Assembly (NCBI GenBank): GCA_002269645.1
Contig: NIVC01004909.1
Span: 1-31,825, forward strand
Direction: 5' to 3'
DNA: 31,825 nt
DNA from: Macrostomum lignano
Lineage: Eukaryota
Below the pieces are notes generated by a model that saw only the letters and a program-made list of their open reading frames with translations, had not been told where the DNA came from and did not search any database. Both the position numbers and the translations under genes were made by a program. This document shows, piece by piece, positions 30,990 to 31,825 of this stretch; the stretch's first letter is position 1, and every line of letters begins with the position of its first letter.

Positions 30990-31825
30990 CGGGAATCGGT
31001 TAATCAGGAATCAGTGAATCGGGAATCGGCGAATCGGGAATCGGTGAATCAGGAATCGGCGAATCGGGAATCGGTGAATCGGAATCGGCGAATCGGGAAT
31101 CGGTGAATCGGGAATCGGCGAATCGGAATCGGAATCGGAATCGGTGAATCGGGAATCGGCGAATCGGGAATCGGCGAATCGGAATCGGTGAATCGGGAAT
31201 CGGCGAATCGGAATCGGCGAATCAGGAATCGGTGAATCGGGAATCAGTGAATCGGAATCGGGAATCAGTGAATCGGAATCGGAATCGGTGAATCGGAATC
31301 GGCGAATCGGGAATCGGTGAATCGGGAATCGGCGAATCGGGAATCGGTGAATCGGGAATCGGCGAATCGGAATCGTGAATCGGGAATCGGCGAATCGGAA
31401 TCGGTGAATCGGGAATCGTGAATCGGAATCGGTGAATCGGGAATCGGTGAATCGGGAATCGGCGAATCGGGAATCGGTGAATCGGGAATCGGCGAATCGG
31501 GAATCGGTGAATCGGGAATCGGCGAATCGGGAATCGGTGAATCGGGAATCGGCGAATCGGGAATCGGTGAATCGGGAATCGGCGAATCGGGAATCGGTGA
31601 ATCGGGAATCGCGAATCGGGAATCGGTGAATCGGGAATCGGCGAATCAGGAATCGGTGAATCGGTAATCAGTGAATCAGGAATCGGGAATCAGTGAATCG
31701 GGAATCGGGAATCGGAATCGGTGAATCGGCGAATCGGGAATCGGTGAATCGGGAATCGGTGAATTGGTGAATCGAGAATCAGTGAATCGGTGAATCGGCG
31801 AATCGGAATCGGTGAATCGGCGATT
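30990..31825 (+). repeat. GAATCG-based satellite (15-bp unit, 30-bp higher-order repeat) running off the window end
   Basis: GAATCGGGAATCGGT alternates with GAATCGGGAATCGGC, with 14-bp deletion variants. Confidence 0.97.

Larger units (their letters stand above)
18237..30990. mobile_element. Polinton/Maverick (adintovirus-like endogenous virus), near complete; right terminal inverted repeat not seen
   Basis: Full hallmark gene set: integrase, minor and major capsid, cysteine protease, packaging ATPase and protein-primed PolB. The left boundary is inferred from AGTAGTAGTAG at 18237-18247, the typical Polinton terminal pattern. Confidence 0.96.

Noticed and set aside
30990-31825. Telomeric repeat or NRES-repeat protein
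   Set aside because: The unit is not TTAGGG-like or another telomere motif I recognise. The ORF is a by-product of the 30-bp periodicity.

Overview
Eukaryotic (probably invertebrate animal) genomic DNA, rich in repeats and mobile elements; the species cannot be determined from the sequence alone. The right 40% (about 18237-30990) is a near-complete Polinton/Maverick (adintovirus-like endogenous virus). It encodes a tandem-PC4 protein, chromodomain integrase, minor capsid, basic core protein, major capsid, adenain-like protease, packaging ATPase, two conserved small proteins, an exonuclease-fold-like protein, a two-repeat TBP homologue and a protein-primed PolB with an Endo VII/HNH insert. The most interesting signal is that this element carries homologues of two general transcription factors (TBP and PC4). 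Six of its genes also share a YTTAAGAA motif 43-74 bp upstream of the ATG, which suggests an element-specific promoter system (inference). The left part holds a possible B-box gene remnant, a 37-bp satellite and CT-rich tracts interrupted by a composite foldback element. It also holds an intronless secreted MACPF gene with Cys-rich repeats, two Polinton fragments flanking a DIRS/Ngaro retrotransposon remnant, and a 4-exon CLCA-like gene lacking the protease and VWA domains. All 14 frameshifts I could reconstruct by eye are single-base deletions, so many may be assembly errors.
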